64,000 nt of DNA. It comes from Candidatus Latescibacterota bacterium (GTDB lineage Bacteria > Latescibacterota > UBA2968 > UBA8231). The position numbers and the translations under genes are program-made. Positions 41,874 to 49,550 of the stretch are shown here, piece by piece; positions within the stretch are counted from its first letter, which is position 1; each line of letters begins with the position of its first letter. Under the pieces are notes generated by a model. The model saw only the letters and a program-made list of their open reading frames with translations. It had not been told where the DNA came from and made no database searches. Where the stretch lies: assembly GCA_965248265.1 (NCBI GenBank), contig CBDFJF010000001.1, forward strand, positions 416,001 through 480,000. The letters are read 5' to 3'.

Positions 41874-42173
41874 GTCGTATCCCTTTTCGGGGTGGTATCA
41901 TTTTGCGGTGAAAAACACCGCATCCTGTTTCCTTTATCGGCCGATTCAACGAAAAACGAGTGAATTTCATCACAATTGTGCAAATAACCCATTTTCTACT
42001 TAACTAATGTATTCACATATGCTTATGTGATATACCGAAATCGCGCTCTCTGGTGAGTCCTGTTTGGGAAACAGGAGCCGCCTCAAACAAGCGCCCATTG
42101 CCTGACCGGGGGAATTCCGCGTGATTCTCCCCGGGTTTTCTCGAACAGGATGAGCCACACGGCATAGATAGCG

Positions 42174-43634
42174 ATGGCATCAGAGCACCAACCCAACGTG
42201 CTGTTGATAACGGCCGATCATTGGGCAGGACACCTGTTGGGGGTGGAGGGTCATCCTTGCATCCAGACCCCCACCCTGGATGAACTGTCGCGTTCGGGGA
42301 CCCGTTTCACGCGGGCCTACACCGAGTCTCCCGTGTGCGTGGCGGCCCGTCGCAACCTGATGACCGGATGCCCTCAGCGTCACAATGGGGGCCGAGTGTG
42401 GCAGGCGACCGCAGAAATGGCGACCGTGCCGACGCTGGCTCAAACCTTCCGCGATGCAGGGTATCAGGCCTACGGCGTGGGCAAGTTGCATGTCTATCCA
42501 CAGCGGGATCGCATCGGGTTTGATGACGTGATCCTGTCCGAAGAGGGACGCACGCAGTTCGGTGTTGTAGACGATTACGAGATGTACCTGGCCGAGCAGG
42601 GCCACCCCGGTCAGTATTTCACCCACGGGATGAGCAACAACGAGTACGTGACACGACCCTGGCACCTGGCCGAGGAGCATCACGTCACCAACTGGGCGAC
42701 ACGGGAGATGGTGCGGACGATCGTGCGCCGCGACCCTACCCGCCCCGCTTTCTGGTACCTGTCGTTCGTGCATCCGCATCCCCCGCTGGTGCCACTGCAG
42801 GCCTATCTCGACATCTACCGGGAGATGCAGATCGACATGCCTGCTGTCGGAGAGTGGGCGGCGGATGTGGACTCACTGCCGTATGCACTACGCCGCGCCC
42901 GCGCCCATGGCGAGCGTATCAGCGATCACCAGATGCGGGCGGCGAGGCGCGCCTTTTATGCCCTGTGCACGCACATCGACCATCAGCTGCGCGTCGTCAT
43001 CGGCACGCTGCGTGAGCACGGGCTGCTCGACAACACCATCATCCTGTTTTCTGCCGACCATGGAGACATGCTGGGCAAGCACGGGTTGTGGAAGAAGCAA
43101 GTGCACTACGAGGAGTCGGCCCGGGTGCCGATGATCCTGCTCGGACCGGAAGGTGACTCGCGGGTCAGGCATGACCGGGTCGACGATCGCCTGGTCGGAC
43201 TCCAGGACGTGATGCCAACCTTGCTGGATCTGGCTGGCGTCGACATTCCGGACTCCGTCAAGGGACAGTCGATGGTATCTTCTCAGCGTCGGGAGCATCT
43301 GTTCTGCGAGCACTCGGAAGGCGGCTCGGCGACACGGATGGTGCACGACGGCCGGTTCAAGCTGATTTATTATCCCACTGGCAACCGCTTGCAGCTGTTC
43401 GATATGGAGGACGATCCCGAAGAGCTCGTGGATCTTCATTCATCAGAGAAACACCTCTCGGATAGGGAGAGGCTGACATCCCTGTTGGCGGGGGAGCTCT
43501 ACGGCAGCGATCTCACATTCATCCAGGACGGGAAATTGGTCGGTGATGCGGATATGGTTTACGAAGAGGGACCCAATCGCGGCCTGACAACCCAACGCGG
43601 AGGGCACTGGCCGCTACCGCCCGTCACTGATTGA
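42174..43634 (+). CDS. Sulfatase (formylglycine-dependent; choline/aryl-sulfatase-like)
   Basis: CVAAR (CxxxR), GKLH, PHPP, ADHG, RVPMI. Confidence 0.92.
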   Translation: MASEHQPNVLLITADHWAGHLLGVEGHPCIQTPTLDELSRSGTRFTRAYTESPVCVAARRNLMTGCPQRHNGGRVWQATAEMATVPTLAQTFRDAGYQAYGVGKLHVYPQRDRIGFDDVILSEEGRTQFGVVDDYEMYLAEQGHPGQYFTHGMSNNEYVTRPWHLAEEHHVTNWATREMVRTIVRRDPTRPAFWYLSFVHPHPPLVPLQAYLDIYREMQIDMPAVGEWAADVDSLPYALRRARAHGERISDHQMRAARRAFYALCTHIDHQLRVVIGTLREHGLLDNTIILFSADHGDMLGKHGLWKKQVHYEESARVPMILLGPEGDSRVRHDRVDDRLVGLQDVMPTLLDLAGVDIPDSVKGQSMVSSQRREHLFCEHSEGGSATRMVHDGRFKLIYYPTGNRLQLFDMEDDPEELVDLHSSEKHLSDRERLTSLLAGELYGSDLTFIQDGKLVGDADMVYEEGPNRGLTTQRGGHWPLPPVTD

Positions 43635-43691
43635 CCAACCGCGTACGCGTCCACCGCCATCAACGAACACGCAGATGAAGGGCCATTTCTA

Positions 43692-44315
43692 GTGAACAAG
43701 GCGTTAACAATCGTGCTGCTGTCGTTTTTCCTTGTCCCGGAAGCGCGGTCCCAGGATACGGCGCTGGAACTGCCGTTGTCCGGTCAATACGTGAGTCTGA
43801 TTTCCGTCACCGGCGGCCCGTGGTTGGCAACGGAGCCGGGGCAGCAGGTGAATTTGATCTTCACAGCTGATGGACTCGTCGACGTCAAGCAGTTCGATTT
43901 TCTCGTTCGCCTGGATCCACCCGAGGCTTTCGACATTACCGGCGCCATCTTCCGCACGGATAATCCGTTTCTGAATCCCTTTCCCGGCGGTGTGGACCTG
44001 CTCTCTGATACGGAAATCAAGATGGGTGCCGCCATCCTCGGTACGAGCGTCGTGAATGGGGAGAGAATCCTCGGTACCCTGTCGATACCGACCAGTGAGA
44101 CGTTCACGAGGTCGCAACCAGCGCGGCTGGTGATACAGTCGTTTTCCGTCGGTCCATCCTCCTTCGATCGCGACACCTACGGCGAAACGGATTTGGAGCT
44201 TAGCATCGTCGTCAGCGATGCGCCCGTCGACCCAACCGTGGTGGATGTCGGTTCCTGGGGATCGGTGAAGGCACTGCAGGACGAGGAGGAGGAAGGAGAG
44301 GCCGATGCTGATTGA
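43692..44315 (+). CDS. Secreted beta-sandwich (cohesin-like) protein with TVVDVGSWGSVK tail
   Basis: Signal peptide; beta-rich; tail motif shared with two other proteins in the window. Confidence 0.7.
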   Translation: MNKALTIVLLSFFLVPEARSQDTALELPLSGQYVSLISVTGGPWLATEPGQQVNLIFTADGLVDVKQFDFLVRLDPPEAFDITGAIFRTDNPFLNPFPGGVDLLSDTEIKMGAAILGTSVVNGERILGTLSIPTSETFTRSQPARLVIQSFSVGPSSFDRDTYGETDLELSIVVSDAPVDPTVVDVGSWGSVKALQDEEEEGEADAD

Positions 44316-45414
44316 TCGCCTGGATGTCTACTACGTCGTCATGCCATTGCTCTATCCCTGGCGCACCGCCTACGGCGAGGATGCCGACATTCACTCGGTA
44401 CTGATCAAGGCGACGACCAGGGACGGGGCTGAAGCCTGGTCGGAGAGCACATCCTTTTTCGCCCCGACTTATCTGTCCGAGAGTGCCGGTTCCGTGTTCT
44501 ACCATGTCAGCGAGGTGTTCGGGCCTTACATCGTAGGCAGGGAGTACGAGACGGCAGCTGAGCTCAACACCAGATTGCAGGTCTTCAAGGGCAACAGCTT
44601 CGCCAAGGCGGCCATCGAGATCGCCTGGTGGACGCTGCAGAGTCGGATCACCGCCACCCCGCTGCACCGGCTGCTGGGGGGTCAGACCCGCGACGTGGTC
44701 GCCGGCGCTGATTTTGGCATCCAGGACTCCTTCGACATGCTGGTCGGCAATATCCAGAAGGCCGTCGATGCCGGGTTTCCCCGGATCAAGCTGAAAGCGG
44801 GACCGGGGTGGGATCTCGAGATGCTGAAAGTCGTTACCACGACTTTTCCGGAGACGACCTTCCACATCGATTGCAACTCCGGCTACACCCTGGATGACCT
44901 GCCGTTTTTCAAGGCCATAGACGACATGGGGCTGGCTTTCATCGAGCAACCCCTGCACCACACGGATATTCTCGACCATGCGGAGTTGGCAAAGCAGATT
45001 CAGACGCCGATCTGCCTGGACGAATCGATCATCGATGTCCGTTGCGCCGAACAGGCCATCCACGTCGGTGCATGCCGCTACATCAATATCAAACCTGGAA
45101 GAATAGGCGGACTGTCTAACGCGCTCGCCGTGCATGATCTGGCGCGCGACGCTGGAATTCCGGTGTGGATTGGTGGGATGTTGGAGAGCGCTGTGGGTGG
45201 GTCGATCTGCGTGGAGCTGGCGACCCTGGACAACTTTACCTATCCCGGCGACCTGTTCCCGTCATCCAGATTCTATCAGCAGGATCTGGCAGATCCTGCC
45301 TTGGAACTCAGCCCCGGTTGCGTGTTCAAACCCTTTGCCGGGGAGTTGCCCGTTCCCAATCCTGACAGACTTCAGCAACAGACCCTGCGCCATCAGGTCG
45401 TGACCTCGGACTAG
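44305..45414 (+). CDS. Enolase-superfamily o-succinylbenzoate synthase / N-succinylamino acid racemase
   Basis: KLK, DCN, IEQP, CLDES, NIKPGRIGG, GGMLE. Confidence 0.88.
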   Translation: MLIDRLDVYYVVMPLLYPWRTAYGEDADIHSVLIKATTRDGAEAWSESTSFFAPTYLSESAGSVFYHVSEVFGPYIVGREYETAAELNTRLQVFKGNSFAKAAIEIAWWTLQSRITATPLHRLLGGQTRDVVAGADFGIQDSFDMLVGNIQKAVDAGFPRIKLKAGPGWDLEMLKVVTTTFPETTFHIDCNSGYTLDDLPFFKAIDDMGLAFIEQPLHHTDILDHAELAKQIQTPICLDESIIDVRCAEQAIHVGACRYINIKPGRIGGLSNALAVHDLARDAGIPVWIGGMLESAVGGSICVELATLDNFTYPGDLFPSSRFYQQDLADPALELSPGCVFKPFAGELPVPNPDRLQQQTLRHQVVTSD

Positions 45415-45430
45415 GAGCCCGTGGCCGGGC

Positions 45431-46600
45431 TTATTCCGTATTCGTCATGATGTGGTGGTAGATCTCGACTGCTTCGAGTACCTGCTCACATTCCACCCAT
45501 TCAACGGCACCATGCGCCTGGTCGATACTGCCGGGCCCCAGGACGATGGCCGGGACTCCTGCGTCAGCGAACGGACTGCCATCCGTGCCGTAAGGGACGC
45601 CGGCGATGGTGGCGTCGCCGAGAACGGCCCGGCAGGCAGCGACGGAGCTGTTGACGATGGGCGCATCCTCGGCCGTGCCCATCGCTCCACAGGCAAACAT
45701 CAACGGTCTCTCGATGCGGGCGTCCAACTTGGAGTCCTCGGCACCGGCGGCTGAGATGATCTGCTCGAATGCACCGACGACGCTCTCAGGCGTGTCTCCG
45801 GGCAGGATGCGGCAGTCCACGGCAGCGCGGCAGCTGTCGGGGACGAAGTTGATCTGAGCGCCTCCTTCGACGATGCCGACATTGAATGTGGGGTTGCCCA
45901 GGAGAGGGTCGCTCCTGGACTCGTACTGCGGACCCAGTTCATCCTCGAGGCGGACGATGAGCCGCGCCATCTTGTTGATGGCGTTAACTCCCAGGTACGG
46001 CTTGGAACTGTGCGCCGCCTTGCCGTTGACGATGATATGGAAGCGGATGACGCCTTTGTGGCCGCGGATAACTTCGAGATCCGTGGGTTCGGCGATGACG
46101 GCGGCTTCCGCATTCACCAGCGGAGCCATGTGCCTGGCGCCACGCATCAGGTGCTCTTCATCCACGGCGCCGGCATAGGCGATCGACATGGGCGGCACGG
46201 TGCCAGTCTCAACCAGTCGTTTCATGGCATGAATCATGGCAACGCCGCCAGCCTTGGTGTCGCATGAGCCACGGCCATAGAGCAGGCCATCGCGGATGTG
46301 CGGCTCAAACGGGGGGATGGTCATGACTTCGGCTGATGCCGTATCCATGTGGCATTCGAACAGCAGGATGCGATCAGGATTCTGGCCTTGTAGTGTGGCG
46401 ACAATGTTGTTGCGTCCCGGCAGCGCTTCTGACAACTGGTAGGGAATATTCAAGTCGGTGAAAAATCCGGCCAGGTAGTCGACCATGCCGGCCTCGCCTC
46501 GGTCCTTGCCCCCTGGAAGCGAGGGATTGACGCTGTCGATGGCGACGACCTCTTGCAGGGTTGCGAGAATCTCGTTTTCACTGCGCGTCCAGGTAGCCAT
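45431..46600 (-). CDS. M20 ArgE/DapE-family deacylase
   Basis: HMDT, GRGSCDTK, DEE, EPT, GKAAHSS, GPG..QAH. Confidence 0.9.
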   Translation of the reverse strand: MATWTRSENEILATLQEVVAIDSVNPSLPGGKDRGEAGMVDYLAGFFTDLNIPYQLSEALPGRNNIVATLQGQNPDRILLFECHMDTASAEVMTIPPFEPHIRDGLLYGRGSCDTKAGGVAMIHAMKRLVETGTVPPMSIAYAGAVDEEHLMRGARHMAPLVNAEAAVIAEPTDLEVIRGHKGVIRFHIIVNGKAAHSSKPYLGVNAINKMARLIVRLEDELGPQYESRSDPLLGNPTFNVGIVEGGAQINFVPDSCRAAVDCRILPGDTPESVVGAFEQIISAAGAEDSKLDARIERPLMFACGAMGTAEDAPIVNSSVAACRAVLGDATIAGVPYGTDGSPFADAGVPAIVLGPGSIDQAHGAVEWVECEQVLEAVEIYHHIMTNTE

Positions 46601-46606
46601 GAGCAA

Positions 46607-47082
46607 TCACAGAATCCTGAGGACTGAGTTGACGAATGTGGCGAACACGTCGATGCCGAAGAATAGCCTGAGGAGCTCGTGGACCGCCAGCGGTGAGGCC
46701 AGCAAGAAAGCCAGTGGCAGGCTGCTGTGCAGGGAAAACTTCTCGCGGTTTGCGTGAAACCAGGCCCACAGGATGATCAGCAGTGACGCCCCGATGATCA
46801 GGCCACCCAGCAGGTTGAGAATCCAGACCAGAGCAACCGGAAGGCCCCAGATCGAACCGATGATGTTGTAGGAAAATGGCAACAAATTCGCCCAGAACAG
46901 GCGGTGGTCACGGAGGCCCCGTAGACGAGAACGCCGACGCTCAGACTGCCTCCGGCCAGAGCAAACAGGTCGAGTGGCTGGCGCATTGCGGCGTGCCACC
47001 ACGTCACCGTGGCGATGTGGAGCCACATAAAGAACAGCGCCAGGAAGAGGGCCCTGGCATGATTCGGGGGAGTGAAGGACAT
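46607..47082 (-). pseudogene. Multi-pass membrane protein split by a 1-nt frameshift near 46917-46920
   Basis: N-terminal half (MSFTPP..VLVYG) and C-terminal half (GLRDHRLFW..LRIL) are hydrophobic and join at a G4 run. Confidence 0.65.
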
Positions 47083-47102
47083 GGGTGTCGGTTTTTGGCG
47101 AG

Positions 47103-47648
47103 TCAGTTGCTCTGAGGCATCTCTTCGAGTGGAATCTCCTTGACCAGTTTCTCTATTTGCCGGGCCTGTAACTCGCCCAAATCAGCCTTCCTGTCCTCCG
47201 CACCATGTCTACTCACAAACGCGCGCATCTCCCGCATCAATCGCATATGCAGACCCGCCAGCAGACTGCCGCTTTCGACATCCCTGGCAATGTGCTGGTC
47301 AAAGAAGCGCTCCGCCGCCTGACGCACGTCGGGGTCGTTGTATATCTGGAGGTGGTCTTGCTGGACGGGAGACAGGGTGAGTGACACCAGCTGTTCGATG
47401 AAGCGCTCGCGAAAACCGGACATGTCGGGCCGGTTGGGCTCATAGGAGATAAGCTCGCCGATGTGGCGGCATCCCAGTGCCGTGTAGATGCGATCGAGCG
47501 TTTTCAGGTCGATGCGCTCGATGTCGCCGTTCACCAACCGATTAATCTGCTGCCGTGGCACACCGATCTTGCGCGCCAACTCGGCCTGACTGGGTGAGCC
47601 GGGCCGCTCAAGAAGGTCCTTCAGTCTGAACTTCATCATAGTGGTCAT
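47103..47648 (-). CDS. XRE/Cro-C1 HTH transcriptional regulator with helical C-terminal domain
   Basis: LKDLL..SQAELARKIGVPRQQINRL..IDLKTLDRI; true start may be the ATG at 47639. Confidence 0.85.
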   Translation of the reverse strand: MTTMMKFRLKDLLERPGSPSQAELARKIGVPRQQINRLVNGDIERIDLKTLDRIYTALGCRHIGELISYEPNRPDMSGFRERFIEQLVSLTLSPVQQDHLQIYNDPDVRQAAERFFDQHIARDVESGSLLAGLHMRLMREMRAFVSRHGAEDRKADLGELQARQIEKLVKEIPLEEMPQSN

Positions 47649-47690
47649 CCACGTTCCATGTTATTTACCCACCTTCCGTGGCTTTTGCAC

Positions 47691-47778
47691 AACTTACAAC
47701 TCTACAAATATCGAGTCAACAGATTTATGCACATATGTCATCAAAAGAGTTGACATTCGTAAACACATAAATTACCTT
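47691..47778. promoter_or_regulatory. Back-to-back sigma70-like promoters with candidate operator
   Basis: + strand TTGACA(47750-55)-N17-TACCTT; - strand TTGACT(47719-14)-N17-TAAGTT; inverted repeat ATGTCA-N10-TGACAT (47735-47756). Confidence 0.6.
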
Positions 47779-47849
47779 GAGCGCGAAATTCATCCATCCC
47801 ATGAAACTTTGTGGGTTATTGTTTTACTATTTGACACTAAGGAGCGCTC

Positions 47850-48157
47850 ATGTTTCAGACCAGCTTGCGCTACGGCATTCAAAAGGCGATGGAGTCCGAC
47901 GTAGAGCCGGAGCAGTTGCGCACAACGGTAGGGCAGCAAAGGTAGGGCAGCAAATCGAGTATTTGCTGGACGAGTCAGATGATCCGCAGGTAACCGCACA
48001 GATTCGCCAGGCCCTGCGGGATCCACAGGCCACGATCGAAGTGAAGTCTGGAAGCCAGATTCAGACGGCTACTCCCAACATGCCTCTGCGTGAATTGTTG
48101 CCACCCAACAGCGAGAAGATCGAGATCACGGTTAGCCAGCCACACGCGGGAGGCTGA
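47850..48157 (+). pseudogene. Ubiquitin-like (beta-grasp) protein ending in Gly-Gly, frameshifted by a 14-bp tandem duplication (97 aa when restored)
   Basis: SD AAGGAG 47839-44, ATG 47850; GGTAGGGCAGCAAA x2 gives TAG at 47943; removing one copy reads through to ..KIEITVSQPHAGG*. Confidence 0.78.
47927..47954 (+). repeat. Exact 14-bp tandem duplication GGTAGGGCAGCAAA x2
   Basis: 47927-47940 identical to 47941-47954. Confidence 0.95.
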
Positions 48158-48164
48158 TTCACCC

Positions 48165-49550
48165 GTGAATGGTGGTCCCACAGTGCGTCGCCTCCACCGT
48201 GAACGGGAGGCTCGGATCGTGCAAGCACGGATCACGCAACCGTACGGGAGACAACGCACTACAAGGCGGCCGCGGGCCCACAACGGGAGGGCCAACACGC
48301 CAGAGATCGAGCCCGGGTATTTGCACCACGGATTGGTGCCGCACCCGGAGCTGGTCGTTCCCGCGGCTGCATCGCCGAAGGCTCCATTCCCGCTCAGCAT
48401 CGTCAGCGTGCTCGGGGCCACGGGCAATTGTGATGGCGTGTTCGTCCTCGACGGTCAACTGGGACGCTTGTCCCAGCACAAGCAGTCCCCGACAGACCTG
48501 TTTGTCGAATACGGCGGCATCAGGCAGTACATCCACTTCCAAGCAAGCGTTGAGGAGCGACTCGGAGAGACCGTACGTGCGCGGCTGCCCAGCATCTGGC
48601 AGTGGTTCAGCCAGGCGGGAGCTCGGCGCTATGCCGAACTGGATGGTTGGAGCACGCCGCTGTCGGCTGTGGCGGTCGATCGGGTTGACGGATTCGTCGC
48701 GGAGCGGCTGATCCCCTTCATTGAGGAGCACGTCGAGGAACAGGGTGCACTGGAGCAACAACCGAGCGCGTTTTCGTTCGAGTCCGTGGTTGATCGAGTG
48801 ATGCCAGGCCTGGCAGGCTCCTTCGCCTTTCTCGCTGGCCGCTGGATGCGTTTGATTCCCTTCTTCGGCAGGCCCAGGCCAGGACAGCCACTGCTTCGGG
48901 TGGGCAACGAATACCTGGTCGGCATACAATCGCAGCCTTCAGCCGTTGCCGTGGCGACCTACGATACCGCGCTGCGAGATGCCGTGTGCGCCGCCTGCGC
49001 GGCGGCGGCACGCGATGGTGATCACAGCGACACCCGCAGCGGAGGCGATCTCTACAGACAGGAGCCCTACGCCGTGATCCGCACGCCGCGCGGCCGCTGT
49101 TTTGTGTGTCAGCGCCTGCCGCCGTACGTGGTGGAGGGAATGGACAAGAAGCTCTACTACTTCGATGGCGCCGAGATCGGCATTCACGTGACAACGACCC
49201 AGGTGCAGAGCGTCATCACCTGCGCCTGTGTCCAGGTGCTGCATTCCTACAAACACATGTTCGTGGGCACACTGGGCACCGGCAACTTTATCTGCATGCC
49301 TCGAGATCATTCCTACTACCAGGCCCTCAACCGGGAACCGCTCGAGCGCGCTCTCATCGAGCATCTGGAGTCGGCGCGTATGACCCTGTGTGCCGGCTAC
49401 CAACCAGTCAACTCATCAGTCCACCGTATCCAGAGCGTGGGACGTCGGACGATCAGTCTGTCCGAAGTCCGCAGGAGAAACCTGCCCGTCTACTGGTATT
49501 ACGAACCACGCCGGAGCGCGCGCTCGAAAGTCATGTCGATGTTCGTGTGA
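48165..49550 (+). CDS. Large protein with putative C-terminal E2/UBC-like domain
   Basis: YKHMFVGTLGTGNFICM resembles the UBC Y.HPN....G.ICL motif; lies between Ubl and E1; start GTG 48165 or GTG 48219 (both with GGGAGG SD). Confidence 0.6.
   Translation: MNGGPTVRRLHREREARIVQARITQPYGRQRTTRRPRAHNGRANTPEIEPGYLHHGLVPHPELVVPAAASPKAPFPLSIVSVLGATGNCDGVFVLDGQLGRLSQHKQSPTDLFVEYGGIRQYIHFQASVEERLGETVRARLPSIWQWFSQAGARRYAELDGWSTPLSAVAVDRVDGFVAERLIPFIEEHVEEQGALEQQPSAFSFESVVDRVMPGLAGSFAFLAGRWMRLIPFFGRPRPGQPLLRVGNEYLVGIQSQPSAVAVATYDTALRDAVCAACAAAARDGDHSDTRSGGDLYRQEPYAVIRTPRGRCFVCQRLPPYVVEGMDKKLYYFDGAEIGIHVTTTQVQSVITCACVQVLHSYKHMFVGTLGTGNFICMPRDHSYYQALNREPLERALIEHLESARMTLCAGYQPVNSSVHRIQSVGRRTISLSEVRRRNLPVYWYYEPRRSARSKVMSMFV

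Noticed and set aside
47777-47926. N-terminal part of the 126-aa ORF-track protein (MSAKFIHP..)
   Set aside because: It runs through the AT-rich promoter with no SD; it is in frame with the GG end only because of the 14-bp duplication
49106-49549. 148-aa N-terminal extension of the E1 ORF
   Set aside because: Overlaps the upstream gene; family motif RY.RQ begins at the coupled ATG 49550
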